From NCBI RefSeq assembly GCF_009914755.1, contig NC_060928.1: a DNA stretch of 64,000 nt, one strand, 5' to 3'. Origin of the DNA: the human T2T-CHM13v2.0 reference genome, Homo sapiens. Position 1 is the stretch's first letter; each line of letters starts with the position of its first letter. Position numbers and translations under genes: made by a program. Under the pieces are notes generated by a model that did no database searches, was not told the DNA's origin, and was given only the letters and a program-made list of their open reading frames with translations. Shown here in pieces: positions 1 through 11,726 of the stretch.

Positions 1-679
1 CATTTCCCAATCGTAATTTTTAGGTGACTAAAATAATGAGTTTAAACATTATTCATTCACCTGGTTCTCAATTATATCATGGTTGTTTTTACTGTAACAT
101 TGAAATTTTAAAGGGGTTCTTAGTATAAGATATGTAGCTTCTTTCTCTGCTTCTTGCAGGAATATGCCTAAACAAAACTGAAAAAAAATTGCAAATAGAT
201 ATATGAATCATTTTCCCCTTGAGACTCTGCTTCATATAAAGAATGCTTCTTTCAAGCTACTTTCCTATTCAAAATCCTCTGGCAACTGTAGATTATCTCT
301 AGGATTAAGACTAAATTTGTGAGGCTAATATTCCATTCAAGGTAGCCACAATCTATACTCCGTCACTTTTTTATAACTTATTTAAATTTGAAATAAATTC
401 TCATTAGCCACTACTATTGGCCTATTTATACCTTTTTCCAAATTGCCAGGCACACTCTGTAATCAGTTATAGTCTCTTAAATCTGCTATGTGCATTTCTG
501 TCTCTATCATTTTGCTCACATTGATTTTGCTAATTAAATTCTTTCCACTCTCTTCCTTTCCAACCTAAGTTATAATGGTTTTAAGTATGTATCTAAATTT
601 AATGTTCTTGGAATTTTTCAGGCAGACTCTGTTGCACAGTCCTTAAAAATCAAGTTCTATCAATGAGAAACCACACTAT

Positions 680-850
680 GATGTTTACTTGCTTTCTATC
701 ATGGGCAATTCATGAAAAATCTTTGTGCTATGTATTTAGTTATCATAATTGGAAATACTACTAGCAATATCACATGGGTTTGTTGTGAAGATTAAGTGAA
801 CTAATATTTGGAAAATGTAAACATTCTATAAGTGTTGCTACTGTTGCTGA
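680..850 (+). mobile_element. MIR SINE fragment
   Basis: Degenerate MIR core 'gggtttgttgtgaagattaagtgaactaatatttggaaaatg' resembling the recalled consensus; boundaries approximate. Confidence 0.65.
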
Positions 851-2669
851 TATTATTGCTATTGTTGCTATTATTAAGCTATGTGACAACATGTTTATTG
901 CCTTATATAATTTCTTAGCTATATTAATTCAATTTTTATGTGTGATTGACATATCTCTTTAAATTTTAAGCTCTTTAAGACTGAATAAAACATGTAGGAT
1001 AATTTCTAAATATCCTAATTACTTTGGACATTTTATAGTAAAAGTTCAAGAAAATGTGCTCAATCAATAAGTGAAATTATGAATGAAAGACTGAAATAAT
1101 GAATCCTTGTATTCAACATCCAACAATCCAACATTCTTCTATTCCCATTTGTCCATATAGATCAATACTATTATCTTAAATCACATTTTCTTCAGATAAA
1201 TTTAGCCTTTTATAGACATTTTGTTTTATAAATTTTGTTGATTGTTATAAACTCTACTACAGATAATTTTATTTTGTGTTACATGTGTAAGTATAAATTA
1301 AGTGAACAATAAATATTTCATAAAAATATAAACTAGAGGATTTTAGCATCATTATTGGATAAATTCTCCCAAATATTAATAACTAATTTATAACCAAAAC
1401 AATTTGTATCTGAAATAAGTTATTGTATGTTACATAGGTTGGGTAGAAATTTTATTTTTAATAATGTAAGCTCTGAATATTGATTTAGCCAATTTATGAC
1501 ATTAATAAAGTATGATATTTGGTGAAATTTTTATTAATTTAACCAAAAAAACTTTCAGTAATATTTTGAGAGTTTCCTACCAAGTTATTTGTACTGGGAA
1601 GCAGGTAGTCATAGAACCAGATGTGCTGAAAGAACTAGGGTTATTTTGGAGGGTGAGAATGATGAGGTGAGGAGGACGGAATAAAATCTCACAAAATGAA
1701 AAATAAAAAACAACAAGAATAACCAAATCTTCTTCCACTAGGAGGTATTCTCATTCTGCTCAATGTCATTATTAGCAGTTGGATGTCTTTTGGGAACATG
1801 TGGTTATAAGCATTGCCTCCTGATTTATGAAACGATTTCTGTTTATTCCTATATATTTATCAGTTTTAAAATCAGTAAATAAAATTTTAAGAATAAACAG
1901 AAATGTGGAAACAAATATGAAAAGAAACAGTGAAAACATGTGATAGTGCTTGTCTTCTAAGAAGTGAATGTTCAAAAGGAAAATTGAGTCAACAGACAAG
2001 TGTTTCTCATTTGAATCCTTGTAATGAAGCTTGAATTTTAACTTAATAAGACATAAACGTAATGACTATAAAAGCAAAACATGGGATGAAGCAATGCTTA
2101 CAGGGTACTTATAAAGTAAGCAAGACCACATTAATCTAAAAGCATACTTGGCACCTCCTTAACCTTGGCCTTTCCCTTTTGTCCTCTCTTCTCTTTATCC
2201 CTTCAAAAAACCAATCCTCCCACTCTTCCATATTTTAGTCACAATTTGGAATATTAACTCATACCAATGTAAATATATATTTTTCCAGGAATACTCTAGT
2301 TTTCAGAAGGATCACAGTTTTCAACATAAAACGTTTGTGAAATTTAAGTTATCAACTAGCAGAGGATGTTTAAGATTTCAGTGTGGAAGAATGAACAGTT
2401 GTCAGAATAAATACTTCCATGAGAAATGTATACCTACTCATGCATAACACAAAACTTTAATATTTGCCTAAGCAAACTTTATGGCAACTTTTGAATACAA
2501 GAAATATTTATTGACTTCCAATAATTTTGGCATGGGTATACATATTCATAATTTCCAGAAGTTCAATTTGTATTTAGATTATGTTTAGCTGCCAAACATT
2601 CACCAGTACATGATAGAGAGAGAGAGATAGGCAGACAAATATAAGAAACGCAGAGTTGGATTCTATCTG

Positions 2670-3110
2670 TTTGCCACTGTAGATCCAGTCTCTACCTTTT
2701 TCTACCCTGCTTTGCTCCCTAGGAATTTGAATTATATTGACTGATAAATGAACTCCCTTCCCCTCCAACTTCTAATTGATTTCCACTAAGAAGAAAGAGG
2801 GCAGGAGATTTAAAGGATCAAGGAGAGTGACTTTGGATAATTTATTGCTTTGGCACCCAGTCTGAGACTCAGCATTCTGTCACTTCCGTGACCAAAGGTC
2901 TCAGTTCCTGTCATGTAGCTCTGCCCTATCAACAAAATTTGTCTTGTCACCAACTCCAGTAACCCTCTCGCTCACTTCTCTTCAAAGAATATTAAACAAT
3001 CCCCACTGTTATTAGCCTTAGGATTCTTCATTATCCCTTATAGTTCCCTATGTTTTTTTACTATTTGTAAATAGTCCTTTTTCATCCTGTCTTAAAAATA
3101 TCTTGCTCTG
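2670..3110 (+). mobile_element. LTR33-like ERVL solo LTR, highly diverged
   Basis: Ordered motifs matching recalled LTR33: 'agatccagtctctacc...ccctgctttgctccc', 'gcaggagat...ggagagtga', 'aaggtctcagttcctgtca', 'ccactgttattagcc', 'tttgtaaatagtcc'. Confidence 0.65.
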
Positions 3111-3329
3111 AGCCCTAGAACTCCTAAGATTTCAGGATTTTGTCCTGGAATCTTAAGTACAGTAGATGGAGAGACAGTTCTTAATCACTGGAATCCCTGG
3201 GATTAGTGGGATTTTATTTTTTATTCCTAATTATGTCTACCTTTTGTGATGTCTCCATTTTTAAATACATTTATCTTCCATTTGATTACTGCATATGTTA
3301 ATAATTGTAGCACTAAAAATGGTTAATAG

Positions 3330-3545
3330 TCATTATGTGTTTATTAGCGGTCAGGCATTATAGTAAAAGGCTCGAACACATTAGTTTACAGCATCCCTGT
3401 GAAAGAATTACTAAAATTATCCCCTACTAAAGATGAAGACATTGAGACTTGCTTAGGTCAAGTGACTGTTCCAAAGTCACACAGCTAGTATAATAAGTGA
3501 GATTTAAACCAAGGCAGCAGGGCTCCATGCTTTTAACCACCATAC
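3330..3545 (-). mobile_element. MIR SINE
   Basis: 'gatgaagacattgagact...aggtcaagtgactgttccaaagtcacacagctagt...gatttaaaccaaggcag...atgcttttaaccac' is reverse-complement MIR. Confidence 0.75.
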
Positions 3546-4896
3546 GGTGTTGTATAGTACTTCACTATATACATTTGAACCTAGACAGAATAAAATTAAT
3601 TTTAAAAAAGTATTTAGCACATTGTAGTTGCCTGCTATAGATGCCATTTAGACATTAAAATTTTCATGTGAATTGAATTCCAGTGATAGTTACAAAAAAG
3701 TGCTTTGACAATTTTTTAAATAGGAAACAGCATGTTACTCAGTGATAAAGCACACAAAAATGGTATGAAACTTTTAAAACCTAAAGGACCTGACACTTTA
3801 AATGATCTTTTGTATTGGTTCGAGAAGTCATTAAAGTCATATATATTTAGGGACCATAGCAAAACTAAATAACACATCAGAATTTTGTACAAAATTATTT
3901 TTTGAGTACTTAGTAATATGCTATCATATAAAGTGTGATAACTTTTTCTAAATAATGACTTAAAAAAATGAATCATAAAGCTTTACATCCCATAGCAATC
4001 AACAATATACCTATATGGGAGTACAGAGTATATATATTCCATGTAAAACCACATGTTTTTTTCTTTATATTCATCCTATCAAATTAAAAAAATCAAAGGC
4101 AAAATTTTGATGAACTGATATCTTTCCTCATAAAATAAAAACAGGATGTGCCCTGGTTCTATATTCTTTAATTTTACTTTTTGAATGCAAGAATGAGAGA
4201 AAGCATTAAATCACAATACTGTTAGGATGAATTGGTTATATTCAGATAGACACTAATTATGTTTGACTGTTCTTAAAGGGACTGAACAAAATTTGCATCA
4301 GTAAAATTAATTCATACAACCACTATTCAATCATGCAGGAAAGATAATAGTCTGAAGTAAATGTTTAAATTTTCTTGTTTACTCTAATGAAAGAAATTCT
4401 TTCCTTGTAAATAACATTCGTATGTATGAGGAATGAGCAAAAAGATGAACTTCGTAGATACTCCAAACTAAATAATTTTGTTACTTAACTATAATATTAA
4501 AATAATTGAAGAAGGGAAAGCAAATGTTCTTCTCAGCTTTTTGGATAATTGAAAAAAAGTTAAGCTGCTTTTGAAGTTAGACTGCATCTATAAGCTTTTC
4601 ACATTTGCAGGCACCAGTTATGAATAAGTTTGTTCTGAAACAGTTAAAAATAAAAGATTTTCTTCATGACCAAAAAAATAAAAAACAGCATTAATAATAA
4701 TAAAACTCCTCAGCACTGGAAGAAGTTGGAGAGGCTCTCTCTCAGGCTTAGAAAAAATGAGGAAGCCATCAAAAATTCAAGACCACAGACATAGAGAGGT
4801 ACACCTGCTTCAAACAGCAGGACTGCTGTGCCTCCATTCTCCACTTTCTCCTTCTCCCTGCCCCAAACAATCCCTATACAAACATAAATTTTAGTT

Positions 4897-4978
4897 AAAT
4901 ATATGTGTATATATGATATATATTATATATACACATATATTATATATATATATATATTATATATATATATATATAATA
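4897..4978. repeat. Imperfect (TA)n microsatellite
   Basis: Directly visible TA-rich tandem run. Confidence 0.9.
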
Positions 4979-5139
4979 TCTCAGTGCCATCTGAGTTGTA
5001 GATTCTATCATTTTTTCCTCTGTGGAACTGTTGTGGAGACAAATTGAGAAGTTAGCAAGTGCATTATTCTGGTTCTAAGCAACAGCAACTTTAATCAGGG
5101 AAGGCTGATGCAAACCCTCTAGGAATAGTATATAAATTG

Positions 5140-5380
5140 TTAGTGTAGTCTATTCTAATGCTTAAACAACCTTTACTGTATTGACAGTCTCCTACTGCTA
5201 CACTCTCCATAGTGAAGCCTAAGCCCATTTACCCTTGTTCTGTCAGCCCAGCTGAATGACAGCAGATCAATTTTCTTTCTAAAGGTCCTTCCAGTTTAGT
5301 TTATATTTGTAGAATTATTTTTTCTCACTTTTGCCTTCTCTAGATTGAATCATCCAATTGTTTTAGTTAACTTTGACATT
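5140..5380 (-). mobile_element. L3/CR1-like ancient LINE fragment
   Basis: 'aagcccatttacccttgttctgtc' and 'cttctctagattgaatcatcc' resemble the antisense L3/CR1 3' region; heavily diverged. Confidence 0.4.
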
Positions 5381-7708
5381 TTCACTTCTTTATCTCTAGC
5401 TGTTAACTCTTTATCTTATTCATATTCTTTTTTGTTTGGGTAACATGAATAATCAAGTCCATGTGCTATGCTTTTCCTTATATATTGTGTGTTCTTTAAC
5501 TTGTGTTTGATTAATAGCTTGTGTTTTCAGATTATCTTCTTATCAAAACCAAGATCTTTCTGAAATGCTTTAATACTGATCTTTATCCATGATATAGTTG
5601 TTATTTTTCCCTTCTGACGCTTAAACTTATCTTTGACTTGTTACCTCACTTACCAAATTTTCTGAAGTTAATATTCTTCAATGTTCTAGCTAATGTTTTC
5701 TAATATATACTCTCTTTTCTGTAGAAGAGTTTTTAAGTGCTGCTATTTTACTGGGATTTCAATAAAATTTATCTCAAACATCCTACATATGGTAAAGCTC
5801 AATAAATATTTGCTGAATTTGGTCATCCATGGTATTGCTAGTGGTTTCCTAAATCAGCATGTGGAAATAGATTTTATGAATATGTCAGACTTCTCAGGAA
5901 ATTATGACAGAATTAAATAATAGTGTCTGTAGTATGTTGCCTTCTTTCTCAGAAAGATGTTTGCTGAATTATATGAATCAATTTTAAGCTTTATTCTTTC
6001 TGTAATCAGTCTATCTATCACCACCTACTTCTGTACCACCTTCTCTTTACTTACTACATCTTTAATTTCCAACTTATTCATTCTATCATTAGAGGTTTGA
6101 TTAGTGCACAGCTTATTGAATCATTAGAGCTGTTACTTAGAATCCTGATCATTTAAGGCCATTCACAGATTGACGATGTGCAAAATTTTAAGTTTACTTT
6201 GATGTGATTCGATAAAAGAAAATGTCTGGGATTGCTTATCTTTAATCTATGCATGATGGAACATAAGTAAGTCTCTAAAAATTATTTTAATAAGAGCTTA
6301 CAAATTTCTAGGTGTTTTGTTTCACATTTTTAAAAATTGATATACTTCAAGAGCTTTTTTATGCTCATAGAAAATTGAATGAAAACTATGAAGTTCCCAT
6401 GTATCATTGGTTCCTCTACTAGCACAGCCTTCCCCACTCTCTACATCCCACATCACAGTGGTACATTTGTAGAGTCAAACCTACATTGATGCATCCTTAT
6501 CACTCAAAGTTCATAGTTTACATTAGGGTTCGCACTTGGTCTTGTATATCCTACTGTAGATTTTAACAAATGTACAGTGCAAAGTATTCACCACTGTAAT
6601 ATCATGTAGAATTATTTCAATGTCATTAAAATCTTCTGTGCTTTGTGTACTCTTTGCCTATTTTAATTGAGTTGTTTTCTTATTGTTTAATGCTAAGAGC
6701 TCTTTTTATGCTTTGAAAAACAGCCCTTTATCAGATGCGTATTGAATATTTTTTCCGAATGTGAGGCTTCTCTTTTATTCTCTTGATATTGTCTTTTGCA
6801 AAGCAAAAGTTTTTAATTTTAATGAAGACTAGTTTATCAATTATTTCTTTTATAGATTGTGCCTTTAGTGTATCTAAAAAGTCCTTGCCATACCCAATCT
6901 AGGTTTTCTTCTGTTATCTTCAAGAGGTTTATAGCTTTGTGTTTTACATTGAGATCTCTGATGCATTTTGAGTTGACTTTTGTGAAGGATGTAAGATCTG
7001 TATCTAAATTTATTTGTTTTTGCATGTGGATGTCCAGTTATTCCAGCACCATTCCTTGAAAAGTCTATTTTTGGTTCACTGTATTGCCTTTGCTTCTTTT
7101 CAAAAGATCAGTTGATTATATTTAAGTGGATCTACTTAGGTGGGCTCTCAGTTACACGCCATTTATCAGTTTGTTCTTTCCCCAATACCACACTGTCTTG
7201 ATTACTATAGCTTCCTAGTAAGTCTTGAAGTTGAATAATGTCAGTCTTCCAACTTTGTTCATTTTCAATATTGAATTGGCTTTTCTGTATATTTCACCTT
7301 ACTATATAAATTTTATAATTGATTTGTCAATATTGGCAAAATAGCTTACTGTTATTTCTATTGAGATTGCATTAAATCTACAGAACAAGTTGCGGCAAAG
7401 TGAGTTCTTGAAAGTTTTGAGCCTTCCTATTCTATGAAACATAGAATTAGTCTCTACTTATTTAGTTCTTCATTGCTATCATTCACTACAGTTTTTCTTT
7501 TTTAATTATACTTTTAAATTCTAGGGTACATGTGCACAACGTGCAGGTTTGTTACATATGTATACATGTGCCATGTTGGTGCGCTGCACCCATTAACTCG
7601 TCATTTATATTAGGTATATCTCCTAATGCTATCCCTCTCCCCTCCCCGCACACCATGACAGGCCCAGGTGTGTGATGTTCCCCTTCCTGTGTCCAAGTGT
7701 TCTCATGT

Positions 7709-9606
7709 TCAATTCCCACCTATGAGTGAGAACATGCGGTGTTTGGTTTTCTGTCCTTGCAATAGTTTGCTCAGAATGATGGTTTCCAGCTTCATCCATG
7801 TCCCTACAAAGGACATGAACTCATCCTTTTTTATGGCTGCATAGTATTCCATGGTGTATATCTGCCACATTTTCTTAATCCAGTCTATCACTGATGGACA
7901 TTTGAGTTTGTTCCAAATCTTTGCTATTGTGAATAGTGCCACAATAAACATACGTGTGCATGTGTCTTTATAGCAGCATGATTTATAATCCTTTGGGTAT
8001 ATACCCCGTGATGGGATGGTTGGGTCAAATGGTATTTCTAGTTCTAGATCCCTGAGGAATCGCCACACTGTCTTCCACAATGGTTGAACTAGTTTACAGT
8101 CCCACCAACAGTGTAAAAGCATTCCTATTGCTCCACACCCTCTCCAGCACCTGTTGTTTCCTGACTTTTTAATGACTGCCATTCTAAATGGTGTGAGATG
8201 TTATCTCATTGTGGTTTTGATTTGCATTTCTCTGATGGCCAGCGATGATGAGCATTTTTTCATGTGTCTGTTGGCTGCATAAATGTCTTCTTTTGAGAAG
8301 TGTCTGTTAATACGCTTCATCCAATTTTTGATGGGGTTGTTTGATTTTTTCTTGTAAATTTGTTTAAGTTCTTTGTAGATTCTGGATATGAGCCCTTTGC
8401 CAGATGGGTAGATTGTAAAAATTTTCTCCCATTCTGTAGGTTGCCTGTTCACTCTGATGGCAGTTTCTTTTGCCGTGCAGAAGCTCTTTAGTTTAATTAG
8501 ATCTCATTTGTTAATTTTGGCTTTTGTTACCATTGCTTTTGGTGTTTTAGTCATGAAGTCCTTGTCCATGCCTATGTCCTGAATGGTATTGCCTAGGTTT
8601 TCTTCCAGGGTTTTTATGGTTTTAGGTCTAATATTGAAGTCTTTAATCCATCTTGAATTAATTTTTGTATTAGGTGTAAGGAAGGGATCCAGTTTCAGCT
8701 TTCTACATATGGCTAGCTCATTTTCCCAGCACCATTTATTAAATAGGAGATTCTGTTATGTTGTGTGTTTGTTCTCACTGGTTTCAAAGAACATCTTTAT
8801 TTCTGCCTTCATTTTGTTATGTACCCAGTAGTCATTTAAGAGCAGGTTGTTCAGTTTCCGTATAGTTGAGTGGTTTTGAGTGAGTTTCTTAATCTTGAGT
8901 TCTAGCTTCATTGCACTGTGGTCTGAGAGACAGTTTGTTATAATTTCTGTTCTTTTACATTTGCTGAGGAGTGCTTTACTTCCAACTATGTGGTCAATTT
9001 TGGAATAAGTGTGATGTGGTGCTGAGAAGAATGTGTATTCTGTTGATTTGGGGTGGAGAGTTCTGTAGATGTCTATCAGGCCTGCTTTGTGCAGAGCTGA
9101 GTTCAATTCCTGGATATCCTTGTTACTTTTTTTCTCTTTGATCTGTCTAATGTTGACAGTGTGGTGTTAAAGTCTCCCATTATTATTGTGTGGGAGTCTA
9201 AGTCTCTTTCTAGGTCTCTAAGAACTTGTTTTATGAATCTGGGTGCTCCTGTATTGGATGCATATATATTTAGCATAACTAGCTCTTCTTGTTGAATTGA
9301 GCCCTTTACCATTATGTAATGGCCTTCTTTGTCTCTTTTGATCTTTGTTGGTTTAAAGTCCATTTTATCAGAGACTAGGATTGCAACCCCTGCCTTTTTT
9401 TGTTTTCCATTTGCTTGGTAGATCTTCCTCCATCCCCTTATTTTGAACCTATGTGTGTCTCTGCACATGAGATGGGTCTCCTGAATACAGCACACTGATG
9501 GGTCTTGACTCTTTATCCAATTTTCCAGTCTGTGTCTTTTAATTGGAGCATTTATCCCATTTACATTTAAGGTTAATATTGTTATGTGTGAATTTGTTCC
9601 TGTCAT
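7709..9606 (-). pseudogene. Disrupted L1 ORF2p: endonuclease domain and C-terminal cysteine-rich domain present, RT domain deleted
   Basis: 9103-9606 MTGTNSHITILTLNVNG...CCIQETH...GDFNT and 8756-9106 YSKIDH...SDHSA (APE-like endonuclease); 7709-8182 RCWRGCG...LLHCWWDC (CCHC); frameshifts separate the pieces. Confidence 0.93.
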
Positions 9607-9669
9607 TATGATGTTAGCTGGTTATTTTGCTTGTTAGTCGATGCAGTTTCTTCCTAGCCTCAATGGTCT

Positions 9670-10695
9670 TTACAATTTAGCATGTTTTTGCAGTGGCTGG
9701 TACCGGTTGTTCCTTTCCATGTTTAGTGCTTCCTTCAGGAGCTCTTGTAAGGCTGGCCTGGTGGTGACAAAATCTCTCAGCATTTGCTTGGCTGTAAAGG
9801 ATTTTCTTTCTCTTTCCCTTATGAAGCTTAATTTGGCTGGATATGAAATCTGAGTTGAAAATTCTTTTCTTTAAGAATGTTGAATATTGGCCCCCACTCT
9901 CTTCCGGCTTGTAGAGTTTCTACCCAGAGATCCACTGTTAGCCTGATAGGCTTCCTTTTGTGGGTAACCCGACCTGTCTCTCTGGCTGCCCTTAACATTT
10001 TTTCCTTCATTTCAACTTTGGTGAATCTGACAATTATGTGTCTTGGAGTTGCTCTTCTCGAGGAGTATCTTTGTGGCGTTCTCTGTATTTCCTGAATTTG
10101 AATGTTGGCCTACCTTGCTTGGTTGGGGAAGTTCTCCTGGATAATATCCGGCAGATTGTTTTCCAACTTGGTTCCATTCTTTCCGTCACTTTCAGGTATG
10201 CCAGTCAGACCTAGATTTGGTCTTTTCACATAGTCTCATATTTCTTGGAGGCTTTGTTGGTTTCTTTTTACTGTTTTTTTCTCTAAACTTCTCTTCTCGC
10301 TCCATTTCATTCATTTGATCTTCAATCACTGATACCCTTTCTTCCACTTGATTGAATTGACTACTGAAGCTTGTGCATGCGTCATGTAGTTCTCGTGCAA
10401 TGGTTTTCAGCTCCATCAGGTCATTTAAGGTCTTCTCTATGCTGTTTATTCTAGTTAGCCATTCACCTAATCTTTTTTCCAGTTTTTTAGCTTCTTAGCA
10501 ATGGGTCCGAACATCCTCCTTTAGCTCGGAGAAGTTTGTTACTACCAATCGTCTGAAGCCTTCTTCTCTCAACTCGTCAAAGTCATTCTCCATCCTGCTT
10601 TGTTCTGTTGCTGGCAAGGAACTGCGTCCCTTTGGAAGAGAAGAGATGCTCTGATTTTTAGAATTTTCAGCTTTTCTGCTCTGGTTTCTCCCTGT
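9670..10695 (-). pseudogene. Disrupted L1 ORF1p
   Basis: Fragments 10192-10416 (MELKTIARELHDAC, coiled coil) and 9828-10010 (MKEKMLRAARE...PIRLTVDL); start codon reads ACA at 10693-10695 in place of ATG; frameshifts. Confidence 0.9.
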
Positions 10696-11726
10696 CTTTT
10701 TGGTTTTTATCTACCTTTGGTCTTTGATGATGGTGATGTACAGATGGGGTTTTGGTGTGGATGTCCTTTCTGTTTGTTAGTTTTCCTTCTAACAGTCAGC
10801 ACCCTCAGCTGCAGGTCTGTTGGAGTTTGCTGGAGGTCCACTCCAGACCCTGTTTGCCTGGGCATCACCAGTGGAGGCTGCAGAACAGCAAATATTGTAG
10901 AAAGGCAAGTGTTGCTGCCTGATTATTCCTCTGGAACTTTGTCTCAGAGGGGCACCCTGCTATGTGAGGTGTCAGTCTGCCCCTACTGGGGGGTGCCTCC
11001 CAGTTAGGCTACTCGGGGGTCAGGGACCCACTTGAGGCAGTCTGTCAGTTCTCAGATATCAAAGTCTGTGCTGGGAGAACCACTACTCTCTTCAAAGCTG
11101 TCAGACAGGGACATTTAAGTCTGCAGAAGTTTCTGCTGCCTTTATTTCAGCTATGCCCTGTCCCCAGAGTTGGAGTCTACAGAGGCAGGCAGGCCTCCTT
11201 GAGATGCGGTGGGCTCCATCCAGTTCGAGCTTCCTAGCCGCTTTCTTTACCTACTCAAGCCTCAGCAATGGTGGATAAGCCTCAGCAATGGTGGATGCCC
11301 CTCCCCCAGCCTCACTGCCACCTTACAGTTGGATTTCAGACTGCTGTGCTAACACTGAGGGAGGCTCCGTGAGCTTGGGACCCTCCGAGCCATGTGTGGG
11401 ATATAATCTCCTGGTGTGCCATTTGCTAAGACCATTGGAAAAGCACAGTATTAGGGTGGGAGTGTCCCGATTTTCCAGGTACCATCTGTCATGGCTTCCC
11501 TTTGCTAGCAAAGGGAATTCCCTGACCCCTTGCACTTCCTGGGTGAGGTGATGCCCCACCCTGCTTCGGCTCATGGTCTGTGTGCTGCACCCACTGTCCG
11601 ACAAGCCCCAGTGAGATGAAACAGGTACCTCAGTTGGAAATGCAGAAATCACCCATCTTCTGTGTCGCTTACACTGGGAGCTGTAGACTGGAGGTGTTCC
11701 TATTTGGCCATCTTGGAACCTCCCTC
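10696..11726 (-). promoter_or_regulatory. L1PA 5'UTR: sense and antisense promoter region with YY1 motif
   Basis: YY1 core CAAGATGGCC near the 5' end (plus-strand ggccatcttg at 11706-11715); GC-rich with decayed CpGs; retains the ~129-bp segment (~10823-10952) absent from L1HS. Confidence 0.8.
11288..11551 (+). CDS. ORF0: L1 antisense ORF0 homologue, 87 aa, open frame; expression unknown
   Basis: MVDAPPPASLPPYSWISDCCANTEGGSVSLGPSEPCVGY...SIRVGVSRFSR aligns with recalled L1HS ORF0 (MAGAPPPASLPPCSLISDCCASNQRDSVGVGPSEPGVGY...IRVGVTRFSR); Kozak context GCAATGG; antisense within the L1 5'UTR. Confidence 0.75.
   Translation: MVDAPPPASLPPYSWISDCCANTEGGSVSLGPSEPCVGYNLLVCHLLRPLEKHSIRVGVSRFSRYHLSWLPFASKGNSLTPCTSWVR

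Larger units (their letters stand above)
7496..11726 (-). mobile_element. L1PA4/L1PA5-like LINE-1 with intact 5'UTR and 3' end but a ~1.9 kb internal ORF2 deletion
   Basis: Minus-strand start GAGGGAGGTTCCAAGATGGCCAAATAGG; primate L1PA 3'UTR and T-tract near 7496; exact 16-bp TSD CATTCACTACAGTTTT at 7480-7495 and 11727-11742. Confidence 0.95.

Noticed and set aside
10600-11007. 135-aa plus-strand ORF
   Set aside because: TTG start, antisense to the L1 5'UTR/ORF1 boundary, no recognisable protein; distinct from ORF0.
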